In this document: in pieces, positions 25,693 to 35,417 of the stretch
Layout: each line of letters begins with the position of its first letter
How positions within the stretch are numbered: the stretch's first letter is position 1
IMG/VR virus record: IMGVR_UViG_3300012038_000009
Span: 1-38,224 of that record
Origin: a virus
Taxonomy: Duplodnaviria > Caudoviricetes
Reading direction: 5' to 3' (one strand)
Length of the DNA stretch: 38,224 nucleotides
Program-made: the position numbers and the translations under genes
The notes under the pieces: generated by a model
Databases searched by the model: none
The model's input: only the letters and a program-made list of their open reading frames with translations
Told to the model about the DNA's origin: nothing

Positions 25693-25746
25693 GTGATCAC
25701 AAAACTTATCTGTAATAAGTCATAATTGTCAATGTAGAATGAATCT

Positions 25747-26253
25747 ATGGAAAAGATTAAATTAGAGGATTTGGTACCAACTAGTGGGAAATTCTTTCTA
25801 AAAACCATGAATAAAGAATACACGCTACGCCCCGTCAATCTGCAAGACGAATTATGGATGAATAAAGAACTAAAGGTCGTCACGTTTGATGATGTTCTAG
25901 GTGATCTAGAAAAGCTTACGCGTCTTGTCTTTCGTCTTATGGATGATGAGCATAAAAAAGATTTCTTAGTTAAAGAAGTTCAGTTCGTAAATGAGGACGG
26001 CGAAAGCGTCACCGGAAAGATCGGCGGGTATAAACTTCTAGCCTGCACGATTTGTGGAGTCGAAGAAAAGAACGCAGTCGTTACGGCTGCTCTAAACTGC
26101 TTAGGCTTTAGTGAGGAGCTTCTTAAGAAATTAGAAGACGAGCAAAAAAAAAAGCTGGACCTCGCGCTAAGTTTGAAGAACCAGACTGGGCGGAAATCTT
26201 CGACACGCTCGGTGCTGAATATGGCTGGACCTCCGAAGAATGCTTTAAACTAA
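25747..26253 (+). CDS. Tail assembly chaperone (gpG-like)
   Basis: Lies between the tube and tape measure genes; contains a slippery A10G run. Confidence 0.8.
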   Translation: MEKIKLEDLVPTSGKFFLKTMNKEYTLRPVNLQDELWMNKELKVVTFDDVLGDLEKLTRLVFRLMDDEHKKDFLVKEVQFVNEDGESVTGKIGGYKLLACTICGVEEKNAVVTAALNCLGFSEELLKKLEDEQKKKLDLALSLKNQTGRKSSTRSVLNMAGPPKNALN

Positions 26254-26486
26254 CTAGGCGTGAACTTAATTGGAGACTGAGATGCATAACAAGACGCAGG
26301 AACCAACAAAGTCAATTCGAGGCGAAGCTGCATAATATGGAGTTACAAATCCCTTTAGAGCAGCAAGAATCGCCTAAGCTTACTCTCACCGATAAACAAA
26401 AAGCGGATATGGATAAGCAGCTCATCGCTAGACAAGAAGAGATTAAACGAAATATCGCAACGCACGGGCATGTGGTTAAAACTTAA
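26144..26486 (+). CDS. -1 frameshift extension of the tail chaperone (gpGT-like)
   Basis: A AAA AAG at 26148-26154. The -1 frame (AGPRAKFEEPDWAEIFDTLGAEYGWT...) stays open to TAA 26484-26486, which overlaps the tape measure ATG. Confidence 0.85.
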
Positions 26487-28699
26487 TGGCTGAACTAGTA
26501 ATCAAAATTAATGGCGATATCAAAAATCTTAAAGATGCTTTTGATAAAGTCGAAAAGCAAACCGAGAGTTTAACAGAAAGTTTAGACAGTCTTGGTAAAA
26601 AAAGTGCGATTGGATTCGCCGCTCTCTCCGCTGCTATTGGGTACTCAGTGCATAAGTTCGGGGAAGCCGAAGCATCTAGCAATAAGTTAAATCTAGCGCT
26701 ACAAAATCAGGGAATATTTTCAAAAAACCTAGTGGGCGTTTACGGACAATACGCAGAGAGTATTTCTAGAGTCACCGGATTACAAGACGATGAATTGACA
26801 GGCGCTCAAGCAACTCTACAAAGTCTAATCGGACAGACCGAGATAACGCAAGAGTTGACTCTCGCAATGGCTGATCTCTCGACTAAAACAGGTAGCCTTG
26901 AATCGGCTGCTAGCATTTTAGGTCGTGGTATCGAAGGTAATACGAGGGGATTTAAGCAATTCGGAATCACCATTGACGAGAATCTTTCTAAACAAGAACG
27001 AATGAAACAGATTCTTGAGCAGGTAAATTTAAAAGTAGGCGGCCAAGCGGAGCTAGCAAATAAAGGCGTTGGATCTTTCAAGGGTTTAAGCACCGCTGTA
27101 TCAAAATTAGTCGAGGACTTTGGAGCTGAGTTCGCGCCTATAGTTGTTAAAGCTACAAAACATCTAACAGATTTCTTTTATGAGGTTAGTGAGCATAAAG
27201 ACTTAGTTAGATTAGCCGCTGTTTTAATTGGTGCTGCAACCGCTTTCACTGGAATAACCACTGCCCTTGTGGCGGCATCTAAAGCATTTTTAATAGCAAG
27301 ATCAGCTTTCGCCGCTTTCTCAATAGTCGCTGGAGCCGCAGCGAGTCCAATACTCTTAGTCGCGGGAGCACTAGTAGCTGTTAGCGGTGCTATTGCCTAT
27401 TTCACATTAAAAGGAAACGAAGCTGGTTCATCTTTAAATGCGCTAGACCTAGAAATAAAAAACACTAGGGAATCGATTTCAAAACTAGAATTACAATTAT
27501 CTAAACCAAATCCATTAGCGGCGTTCTTTTCTACTGACGAAATAAAACAAAAGTTAGCGGACGCACAATCTCATTTATCAGACTTAGAGGAGCGCGCTAG
27601 AAGGCTAAGCGCCGCAGAGGGTACAGAAAAACAACAACAAGACCCAGATAAAAAAGCCGCAGCCGACAAAGAGGCCACAGAGAAAGCCGCATCTGAGCAA
27701 AGAAGACTTGACGTTATAAAAGCTAACAATCAACTCATTATACTAGAGGAGTCCGGAGCATCTGAGGAGGTTCTGATTCTAAAAAAACAAGAGTCAGAAA
27801 TTTTATCACAAATTGAGGACGACAAAAACGCCGCTATCAGAGAAAAACTTTCCGCTCATTTGGAAGAAACAAGAGCAGAAATTGAAATCGCACAGGCGAC
27901 AGAACTAGAACAGGCGATGATTTTTAATAATGAAATACTCTTAAACAACGAAGAGTTTCAAATGCTCTCTGCGGAGCAAAAGAGAATGTTTTTAGAACAA
28001 AACCAGCAAGCTTTACAGGCTCAGCAAATGACCGAATCTCAGGCGCAGATTCAAGCTGCTAAAATACGTGCGCAGGAACAAACAAAAGCAAATAATCAGT
28101 ATCTAATGGATCAACAAAAATTTGGAGCCGCTTACGCAGCCATTAATCAGGCCATGCATAGCGCTGTATTTCAGGGATCAAAGCAAGCCTTTGGTGAGCT
28201 TGCGCAGCTAACACAGTCATCAAACGCCACACTTAAAGGAATTGGCAAAGTCGCAGCCCTTGCAAATATCGTTATTAAGACCGCTGAATCTGCAATGAAC
28301 ATCTTCAATGGTTTCTCAACTATTCCAATTATTGGAGTTCCACTTGGCATCGCAGGGGCCGCCGCCGCAGTCGCATTTGGTGCCGAACAATATTCTAAGG
28401 TCAATCAAGCCGCAGACGGCGGACTTTTACAGGGCGGAATTAGAGGCATAGATTCAATCCCGGTACTTGCTCAGCAAGGGGAATTAATTTCTCCTGCACA
28501 AAACTTTGAAGAGGTTATCGGGTCCGTGAGAGCAGCTAGGGAAGCGGAAAATAGGGGGCTTACTCTAGGTGACACCATGAGCGGTGGCGGCGGTAGCAAT
28601 GTAAACGTGAGTATCGGATTCGATGGGAAAGAAGCCTCACAGGTTCTCACTGCAAGACAGATAGAAGATGAATCTTTAGGCATAAGTCAGAGGGGATAA
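26486..28699 (+). CDS. Tape measure protein
   Basis: 737 aa, Ala-rich helical/coiled-coil with hydrophobic segments; C-terminal GG...GIDSIPV...GELI. Confidence 0.92.
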   Translation: MAELVIKINGDIKNLKDAFDKVEKQTESLTESLDSLGKKSAIGFAALSAAIGYSVHKFGEAEASSNKLNLALQNQGIFSKNLVGVYGQYAESISRVTGLQDDELTGAQATLQSLIGQTEITQELTLAMADLSTKTGSLESAASILGRGIEGNTRGFKQFGITIDENLSKQERMKQILEQVNLKVGGQAELANKGVGSFKGLSTAVSKLVEDFGAEFAPIVVKATKHLTDFFYEVSEHKDLVRLAAVLIGAATAFTGITTALVAASKAFLIARSAFAAFSIVAGAAASPILLVAGALVAVSGAIAYFTLKGNEAGSSLNALDLEIKNTRESISKLELQLSKPNPLAAFFSTDEIKQKLADAQSHLSDLEERARRLSAAEGTEKQQQDPDKKAAADKEATEKAASEQRRLDVIKANNQLIILEESGASEEVLILKKQESEILSQIEDDKNAAIREKLSAHLEETRAEIEIAQATELEQAMIFNNEILLNNEEFQMLSAEQKRMFLEQNQQALQAQQMTESQAQIQAAKIRAQEQTKANNQYLMDQQKFGAAYAAINQAMHSAVFQGSKQAFGELAQLTQSSNATLKGIGKVAALANIVIKTAESAMNIFNGFSTIPIIGVPLGIAGAAAAVAFGAEQYSKVNQAADGGLLQGGIRGIDSIPVLAQQGELISPAQNFEEVIGSVRAAREAENRGLTLGDTMSGGGGSNVNVSIGFDGKEASQVLTARQIEDESLGISQRG

Positions 28700-29538
28700 T
28701 GGCAATCTCAGGGGGCATAAAATTCTTTGATAAGTCACGGTGTCTTTTAAAAGACGGGGCGTCAATAACGGCCAGTTCAGGAGTAGCATCCGAAGACTAC
28801 GCTATCGATCAGAACGTTGAAACATTTTGGCGCTCATCTGGCTCAAACGATTCTACTGCCGAAACACTAACAGTCGTTTTTGATAGCCGAGAGATATCTA
28901 GGATTCTTATTTTGAATCATAATTTTAAAAACTTTAATATCAAGTATGATGTATCTGGTGTTTGGACTGCTTTTTCGAGTGTCGTCGGAATTAATGGATC
29001 TCTTAGTGGAATTACTGAGACAACTTTTGCAGATAATTCATCGTATTACGAGTTTACTCCAGTAACGACTACGCAGATTCAAATCACGATCAATACTACT
29101 CAGGTAGTGAATGCAGAAAAATATATTTCACAAATTATAGTTACAAGCGAAATAGGGACACTACAGGGATACCCGATAGTCGGCTCAGTCGATATGGGTA
29201 GAAATTTAAGATCAGTAAAAACTTTGAGTGGGTTTTTTTCTATTCAAAAATCTTTAGAAGTCCCTTCGTTTGATTTAAATTTCAAAGAATATCCAGCATC
29301 AAGTACTTACAACGTGGACTTTGACGTTGTGATGAGTCTTCATGATCGAGAGGATGCTTTCTTAGTTTGGCTCTGTGGTGGGCGTCGTGGGTCAACTTAT
29401 TTTAAATACACTTTAAGAGGATGGCGATTACAGGATGTTTTTCAAATGCAGGTCTCAAAACCACTAAAGCTTTCTTATAGCGACAATGTTTATAAGGCCC
29501 CTATCTCAACTAAACTAGAACTAGAAGCGGTCATATGA
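28699..29538 (+). CDS. Distal tail-like protein with a probable carbohydrate-binding-type N-terminal domain
   Basis: Follows the tape measure gene; TASS...AID....FWRS...LTVVFD...I.ILNHN discoidin-like pattern. Confidence 0.55.
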   Translation: MAISGGIKFFDKSRCLLKDGASITASSGVASEDYAIDQNVETFWRSSGSNDSTAETLTVVFDSREISRILILNHNFKNFNIKYDVSGVWTAFSSVVGINGSLSGITETTFADNSSYYEFTPVTTTQIQITINTTQVVNAEKYISQIIVTSEIGTLQGYPIVGSVDMGRNLRSVKTLSGFFSIQKSLEVPSFDLNFKEYPASSTYNVDFDVVMSLHDREDAFLVWLCGGRRGSTYFKYTLRGWRLQDVFQMQVSKPLKLSYSDNVYKAPISTKLELEAVI

Positions 29539-30872
29539 GTACGCAGTATAAAGTATTTATAACCCCTTTAGAAAGTCGTTCGGTATACGGGACCGAAATA
29601 GAAATCACAGACCACGTTATAGACGGCGGAGTATCCGCTATTCGTAGGGGGATTGACTCTACTGACTACGGATTCGGTGCATTTTTCTTCGACGACATTC
29701 AAATAAAGTGCCTGAATTTACAGGGCGTACTAAATGATGAGTCCGACGTTAGGTCAATATTTAAATACTCAAGGGACGTAGCTAAAGTCAGAGTTGTATA
29801 CAGTGATTCAAATGGCGACACGATTACATTTCGCGGACTTATTAACGAAGAAGCCACAAAGCTAGACGCCACAAAAGACGAAATAACCTTTAGGATTCTT
29901 TCTAGAGATTCGGTTCTGAGAAACACGCAAGTCTCAGGCGGTAGTATCTCGGCTGGAAACACTGTATCTCAAGCAATAATCGCAATTTTAAATCAATCAA
30001 ACATCACTGCGGTTTTGAATTTTGATCCATTAAATATTAATCCTGATCTAAATTTCATTATTGACGACGGGTCAGCGCTTGAAAATAAGTCTGTAAAAGA
30101 GGCTCTTAACTCTCTTTTACTAACTTCAAACTCAACTATTTTAATAGACGAAGACGATAATATAATTGTGAGAAATCGTGATCACAATGAAGACAGAGAC
30201 ATTATAAATCTTTACGGGCCTTACGATATCCATAGAAGGCAGAATATTATCGATATAAAAAATTACAATACAGGTAAGCAAAGAATGTTTACCGCCGTAA
30301 AAGTAAACGACTCTGAGGAGACTAATTCAGGATATCAAACTCAGTTTGGTTACAGACAAAAGACCATACAAGCGGATTACATAACGACCGAGAGCACTGA
30401 GCGAGATATCGGAGCAAACTTAGTCGAGCAATTTAAGACACCAAAGATCGAGCTTGAGGTTGTGGTTCCAACACATGTGATTAGGGATGCTCAAATATTC
30501 GACGTTGTATCTATCAATCACCCGTTAAGATTAGAGCCAATTCCAGATACGTTTTTTCCAATCGTAGGGCAAGCCGAAATAGGCGACGCTATGACGCCGC
30601 TTCCTTATTCTTTCGGGTCCGTGTCAATAGTCGATACTATGGGATTTAAAATTATAGAAATAAAAGAAGACGTTAAAAACTTCAACACCACTCTTAAGCT
30701 TAGACAAATAGGAACAGAGTTCGGTGACGGTTACTTTACTTCTAGCACTTGCGGGATTATTGGATTCGCAGTGATAGAAACTTCAACAATTTGTTTAGAG
30801 GGCGACCCAGCTGACGCTTTCAACCCGAGTGTTTTGGGCGCTGCGGTTATTGGATATACGGAGGTTGCATGA
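29535..30872 (+). CDS. Tail tip/baseplate hub-like protein
   Basis: Size, position and beta-rich composition. Confidence 0.55.
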   Translation: MSTQYKVFITPLESRSVYGTEIEITDHVIDGGVSAIRRGIDSTDYGFGAFFFDDIQIKCLNLQGVLNDESDVRSIFKYSRDVAKVRVVYSDSNGDTITFRGLINEEATKLDATKDEITFRILSRDSVLRNTQVSGGSISAGNTVSQAIIAILNQSNITAVLNFDPLNINPDLNFIIDDGSALENKSVKEALNSLLLTSNSTILIDEDDNIIVRNRDHNEDRDIINLYGPYDIHRRQNIIDIKNYNTGKQRMFTAVKVNDSEETNSGYQTQFGYRQKTIQADYITTESTERDIGANLVEQFKTPKIELEVVVPTHVIRDAQIFDVVSINHPLRLEPIPDTFFPIVGQAEIGDAMTPLPYSFGSVSIVDTMGFKIIEIKEDVKNFNTTLKLRQIGTEFGDGYFTSSTCGIIGFAVIETSTICLEGDPADAFNPSVLGAAVIGYTEVA

Positions 30873-31393
30873 GTAATATTTTAAATAACTCAATTTGGCT
30901 TGAGCATCCTAAATACCCTGGCTATAGATTTAGCCCTGAGGGGAATTGTTTGAGCTTAATAAAATCAGTGCCAAAAATAATTAAAAACAGGGTTGATAAT
31001 CATGGGTACATAAGTTGGAATTTAAATAAAGGACCCATTAGAGCACACAGGATAATAGCATCAATTTTTTTAAAAAATAATTTTAAAAAACCAGAAGTGA
31101 ACCATAAAAATGGTGTAAAATCAGATAACAACATAGTAAATTTAGAGTGGGTTACTAAATTAGAAAATATTAGACATGCCTATAAAACAGGTCTAAAAAA
31201 TGGTGATCACAAACGTGGTTCTAAAAATAATTTTTCAAAATTAAAAGAAAATATTGTTAAAAAAATAAAAGAAGACATAAAATCAGCTAATAATAAATAC
31301 GGTTCACAAAATTTTATAGCAAAAAAATATGGTATTCATAAATGCACTGTCTCAGCTATTAAGACAGGAAGGCTTTGGGCTCACCTAAAATAA
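30869..31393 (+). CDS. NUMOD4/HNH homing endonuclease
   Basis: YPGY.FS..G, HRIIA..F, VNHKNGVKSDN...NLEWVT..ENIRHA, C-terminal HTH; strongly AT-rich insert. Confidence 0.92.
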   Translation: MSNILNNSIWLEHPKYPGYRFSPEGNCLSLIKSVPKIIKNRVDNHGYISWNLNKGPIRAHRIIASIFLKNNFKKPEVNHKNGVKSDNNIVNLEWVTKLENIRHAYKTGLKNGDHKRGSKNNFSKLKENIVKKIKEDIKSANNKYGSQNFIAKKYGIHKCTVSAIKTGRLWAHLK

Positions 31394-31414
31394 AGAGTCT
31401 AGGGGGATAATAGA

Positions 31415-33151
31415 TTGGGGACGGGAACATTAAATTCAAGAAGCGCCGGGCAAACGATATTAGATACCTTTTTCAATGATATCCATTCTGCGATGAACGT
31501 TGATTTTATTGGAAGGAATAGCGCCGGTGTTCCAACCTCAGGACAAAACCTAGGAACCGCAGCGTTACCTTGGGGCGCTATTCGTGCGGATACTCTTATT
31601 CTTGACGGGGCCGCCGTTGATACATCTCAAATCGTGTCACCTGTTAATAGAGTTATTTCAGGAAAGGTTAGAACAACCTCAAACCAACCGCAGTTTATTA
31701 CCCCAAACGGTGCCGCTCTTTCATTTATTTTAGACGGGACTCCAGTCAACCTAGTTGTCGACATTAACGGGACAACCGTTTCAGTCACGACTGACATAAC
31801 TAAATCGAGCTTAACGGCTGCACCTAGCAGCAATAACACATGTCTAGTCAATGATACGACAGCGGCTGACCAATTCGATACGCGCATGTGGGGAAACCCA
31901 TGGCACCGTAGAGACAGCATCACAGTTGACACGATGGGAAGTGAAATAACGGCTCTTGTGGGAACCTTCCAGTCATTTAGTCATGGGAGTGAATATTTTC
32001 ACGCCTACGTTGAAAGTACGACAAAGCTTTCTAGAATTTTTAGAGGGTTCTTTTATAACTCGTCACTAGCTCCAGTTAACCCGGACGTATTTTCAAATAA
32101 CGACGTAATCACTCTTTTAAAAACAGGATACGTCTTTGTTGAAGATGACGGACTCACAGTTGACGTTACATATAGAGCGCCGACAATATCGTTTACGTCC
32201 CCTAGCTCACCCGCTACTGGAGATTATTGGTACGATCTTTCAGTTGATTTATGGAAGCGGTACGATGGCGCGTCGTTTGTTTCTATTGATAGGACTTTCA
32301 TCGGGTACGTCGCGAACACAACAACCGCTTGCGTTGGTGCTAGATGTATTGATTTTCACGCAAATCATGAATCGCAATTACAGATGGAAATAGGAGTTTC
32401 GACAACCGAAATAGCTATTCAAACTAGTCAAGAGTCAAGAGTCAGTGTCTCAGGAAACGACTTTAATTTTAAAGAGACATTACTTTCTTGGAACATCACG
32501 ACTGATCTAGCGACAAGTGCGGACATGATTAACGCCACCGAGCAAGCGAGCACTGTTTATCACTTATTTTTAACCGATCAGGGTCAGACAAAAATAAGCG
32601 ACATACACCCTTATTTTAGAGCAGATTTAAAAGGCTGGTACCACCCGCATAATCCATGGAGAGCCGTTGGTCTTATGTTTAACGGTTCTAGTTCCACCGT
32701 GACAAACGCCTCATCGCGTGGTGGAAATAATAACGAAACACATATCGGAGTCGGAAATGGTTTCGGGTCTACAAACACAGGAATGAGAAAATTCTCAAGT
32801 GTCGTTATAAATAAAGGTGCTGCGCTTGTGTATGTTAGCAGCGCTACTCTTGGAGACAGTTGGACTTGTTATGAACCAAGGTTAATTAATATTGGATACA
32901 CCGATGGTGGATCTGCGGTTACATATGGGCTTGTTAAAAATACTGCAACACCGACGGCGCTTGTTAATAGTGGATTAGCTGCTGGGGAAGTCATCGCATA
33001 TATGAGTTCCGCAACTTCACAGCAAGTAACCGTGTCCGCATCCGTATTCGCAAAGTACGGGGATGAATTTCAATGCGGCACAGACACAGGTCCATCCGTG
33101 ACAACCATCACACAATCTTTCGTAAGAACAACTACTGGTAAAGAGGTTTAA
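31415..33151 (+). CDS. Tail fibre/receptor-binding-like protein
   Basis: Ser/Thr-rich; PSSPATGDYWYD motif; end of the tail module; TTG start with GGGGG SD. Confidence 0.65.
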   Translation: MGTGTLNSRSAGQTILDTFFNDIHSAMNVDFIGRNSAGVPTSGQNLGTAALPWGAIRADTLILDGAAVDTSQIVSPVNRVISGKVRTTSNQPQFITPNGAALSFILDGTPVNLVVDINGTTVSVTTDITKSSLTAAPSSNNTCLVNDTTAADQFDTRMWGNPWHRRDSITVDTMGSEITALVGTFQSFSHGSEYFHAYVESTTKLSRIFRGFFYNSSLAPVNPDVFSNNDVITLLKTGYVFVEDDGLTVDVTYRAPTISFTSPSSPATGDYWYDLSVDLWKRYDGASFVSIDRTFIGYVANTTTACVGARCIDFHANHESQLQMEIGVSTTEIAIQTSQESRVSVSGNDFNFKETLLSWNITTDLATSADMINATEQASTVYHLFLTDQGQTKISDIHPYFRADLKGWYHPHNPWRAVGLMFNGSSSTVTNASSRGGNNNETHIGVGNGFGSTNTGMRKFSSVVINKGAALVYVSSATLGDSWTCYEPRLINIGYTDGGSAVTYGLVKNTATPTALVNSGLAAGEVIAYMSSATSQQVTVSASVFAKYGDEFQCGTDTGPSVTTITQSFVRTTTGKEV

Positions 33152-33152
33152 A

Positions 33153-33527
33153 ATGAGAAAAATAGTATTTGAGCATCCAACTACATTGGAACAACAACTC
33201 ATTCTAGTTGATCAAGAGTCTGGAGGAGTTGTGGAAGGCGTAAAGGTTCTTTGGGATGAGAATTTGCATGGGCCTATTCCACAAAATATTGAGGCGTCTT
33301 TAGGCGGCTTAATTTTGGACAATAAGGGAAAGACCGTTGTTGACCAAAATAAATTAGACGCTTTTGAGAATAAAAAACTAGAGGATCAAGATAAAAAAGC
33401 CGCTAATAAGTTAGTTGTTAAAGACGGTTTTGAATTATTCAAAGATCTAGATTTATCGGTTCCACTTAGTAAAGAAGATTTAGATCTGGCAGTTAGGACT
33501 ATGATAGCCATGGTATCTGTAAAATAA
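33153..33527 (+). CDS. Hypothetical protein, possible fibre chaperone
   Basis: Directly after the fibre-like gene. Confidence 0.55.
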   Translation: MRKIVFEHPTTLEQQLILVDQESGGVVEGVKVLWDENLHGPIPQNIEASLGGLILDNKGKTVVDQNKLDAFENKKLEDQDKKAANKLVVKDGFELFKDLDLSVPLSKEDLDLAVRTMIAMVSVK

Positions 33528-33529
33528 TC

Positions 33530-34015
33530 ATGAATGAGATGAAAGCTGCACCGTATAGGATCACGATCCATTGTACGGACACCCAGAATAACCAGTGGGT
33601 GAGTATAGACAAAATACGTGATGACCATATCGCTCGCGGGTTTTATGACATTGGGTATCATTTTCTAATCCAACCAAATGGGAACGTGGTTAATGGTAGG
33701 GGCCTAAACTTCGTAGGCGCTCACGTAGCGAACGCAAACACAGGAAACATAGGCATTGCCCTAGCTGGGGACGATCGTTTCAGTAAATCGCAATTTATCG
33801 CTTTACGAAGACTTTTAGACAATCTCAAGATGACCTATTCATTTAAAGACTGGGAGCTTCATTGCCATAGAGAATTTGACAGCGCTATTAAGCAAGGCAA
33901 GACGTGCCCAAACATTGAACCGTCACGTCTTTGGACTTGGTACTATCTATTTAACAATGCCGCGTTAGATCCCTACTTGATCGAAAATGACAAGCGGTAC
34001 ACAATAGGGGCATAA
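33530..34015 (+). CDS. Endolysin, N-acetylmuramoyl-L-alanine amidase (Amidase_2, T7 lysozyme-like)
   Basis: IHCT, DIGYHF, GR...GAH, N.GI...G, HRE...KTCP. Confidence 0.95.
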   Translation: MNEMKAAPYRITIHCTDTQNNQWVSIDKIRDDHIARGFYDIGYHFLIQPNGNVVNGRGLNFVGAHVANANTGNIGIALAGDDRFSKSQFIALRRLLDNLKMTYSFKDWELHCHREFDSAIKQGKTCPNIEPSRLWTWYYLFNNAALDPYLIENDKRYTIGA

Positions 34016-34027
34016 GGGGAAATTAAA

Positions 34028-34234
34028 ATGGATATGATTTCAGGAATTATTCAGTATCTTGCAGACTATCTTTCGGGGCTTTTGAATTTCCCTATCATTG
34101 AGGGGATTGGGGCTATCGTTCTTCTTATAAATGGACTAATCGCCGTTGCCCTTTTAGTCCCCGGCGAACAACCGGAGAAATTTTTACAAGCGGTTGTCGA
34201 TTTTCTTTCAAAGCTTTCACTTAAAAAGAAGTAA
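34028..34234 (+). CDS. Putative holin
   Basis: Small hydrophobic protein with a basic C-terminus, after the endolysin. Confidence 0.5.
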   Translation: MDMISGIIQYLADYLSGLLNFPIIEGIGAIVLLINGLIAVALLVPGEQPEKFLQAVVDFLSKLSLKKK

Positions 34235-34485
34235 TGCAAAAAATTCTTACATCTTTCTTTGACTTAGCTAGTACGGCTCTCAATTACTTGCCTAATAAAA
34301 AAAGGATAGAATACGGGGATAAACTTTATGTGCTTAAAAAGACAATCCTCGAAGAGTCACTCAAGCCAGTCGATGAACAAGATCATGCACTCCTCGAACG
34401 CTGCTATCAGGAAATTCCTCTCGTACTTGAAACAATACAGGTTGAATTTAATCTGCATCTTAACAGCGGTGTATTTGGTCGTTAG
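34234..34485 (+). CDS. Hypothetical protein of the lysis cassette
   Basis: TAATG coupling to the upstream gene. Confidence 0.55.
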   Translation: MQKILTSFFDLASTALNYLPNKKRIEYGDKLYVLKKTILEESLKPVDEQDHALLERCYQEIPLVLETIQVEFNLHLNSGVFGR

Positions 34486-34858
34486 TTTTTGCGCTTGTTC
34501 AAGTCCGCCAAAAGACCAAAGACATGCGTTGATTGATCAATTTTTAGTAGCGGTAGAATCAAAGTTTCCTCTTTTATGTAACCGCGCATTTGATAAAGAA
34601 ACAAATAAAATTGATTTCTCATGCGTTAATTTACGGGATCAAAAACAAAGAGAGATTCTTTGGAACTTGAAAATGGTGTGCAAGGTTGCAGATAAAATAT
34701 ACGCAGTAAGTAAAGATAGACCAGGACTTGTTAGAAACTTTTTAGAAAACGGGATTAAGATAGAGGATTATCAAGATATGGAGTCTATTTACCCGCTTCT
34801 AATCGCTTCAAACGCGGTTTGTTTTTCAGAGGAACGATACCCACTAGATACTTTTTAA
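34328..34858 (+). CDS. Putative lipoprotein (o-spanin position)
   Basis: Hydrophobic stretch followed by lipobox-like FCAC-SS; overlaps the upstream gene; true start uncertain. Confidence 0.45.
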   Translation: MCLKRQSSKSHSSQSMNKIMHSSNAAIRKFLSYLKQYRLNLICILTAVYLVVSFCACSSPPKDQRHALIDQFLVAVESKFPLLCNRAFDKETNKIDFSCVNLRDQKQREILWNLKMVCKVADKIYAVSKDRPGLVRNFLENGIKIEDYQDMESIYPLLIASNAVCFSEERYPLDTF

Positions 34859-35175
34859 GTGGGCTTCTCTTCCGGCAGTGGTGACTCTAAACAATCATAA
34901 ACCTGGCCCACTAGAAATGTGGAACCTTTACGTCCGACATGATCTTTAATTTTAGCGAGTTCTTCCACTTCAAAATTAGCCTCTGGGGTTTTTTTAATCT
35001 TCTTTGCGATCTTACAGAGATCGTATTTCTCTTTTCCACTTAATGTTTTTTCGGTTTCAGACATGGCGTGCAGACACTCATAGCAAGCTGAGCCCACTGT
35101 AATCACCGTACCGTCTGAATCTTTTTGTGGCCTATCTTTATAATCTAAAATTTCTTTATTCCAATTTATTCTCAT
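34855..35175 (-). CDS. Phage protein typical of fibre-adjacent genes
   Basis: LSGKEK...IAKKI...EE.AKIK..VG pattern; AGGGG SD. Confidence 0.65.
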   Translation of the reverse strand: MRINWNKEILDYKDRPQKDSDGTVITVGSACYECLHAMSETEKTLSGKEKYDLCKIAKKIKKTPEANFEVEELAKIKDHVGRKGSTFLVGQVYDCLESPLPEEKPT

Positions 35176-35183
35176 AAATCCCC

Positions 35184-35408
35184 TTAAGAAACGGTTACTC
35201 CAGGATCAACTACTTGTCCAGGGATGGCCTCTCTTAGTAAAGCCTTTTGCCCTTCTAGTGCGAGGCTAACTAGCAAGTCTTTTGAAACCCTCTTTACATA
35301 CTGTGCGTTAGTTTCGCCTTGATTGATTGGAACCATATGTAAAAGCCCGTCTAGTAAAAGCTGAGCCTGTTCGTCCGGTACCGTATAAGTCACTGTGAAT
35401 TGAGCCAT
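35184..35408 (-). CDS. Small fibre-adjacent protein
   Basis: AGGAG SD; directly after the fibre-like gene. Confidence 0.6.
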   Translation of the reverse strand: MAQFTVTYTVPDEQAQLLLDGLLHMVPINQGETNAQYVKRVSKDLLVSLALEGQKALLREAIPGQVVDPGVTVS

Positions 35409-35417
35409 CGGTTTCTC

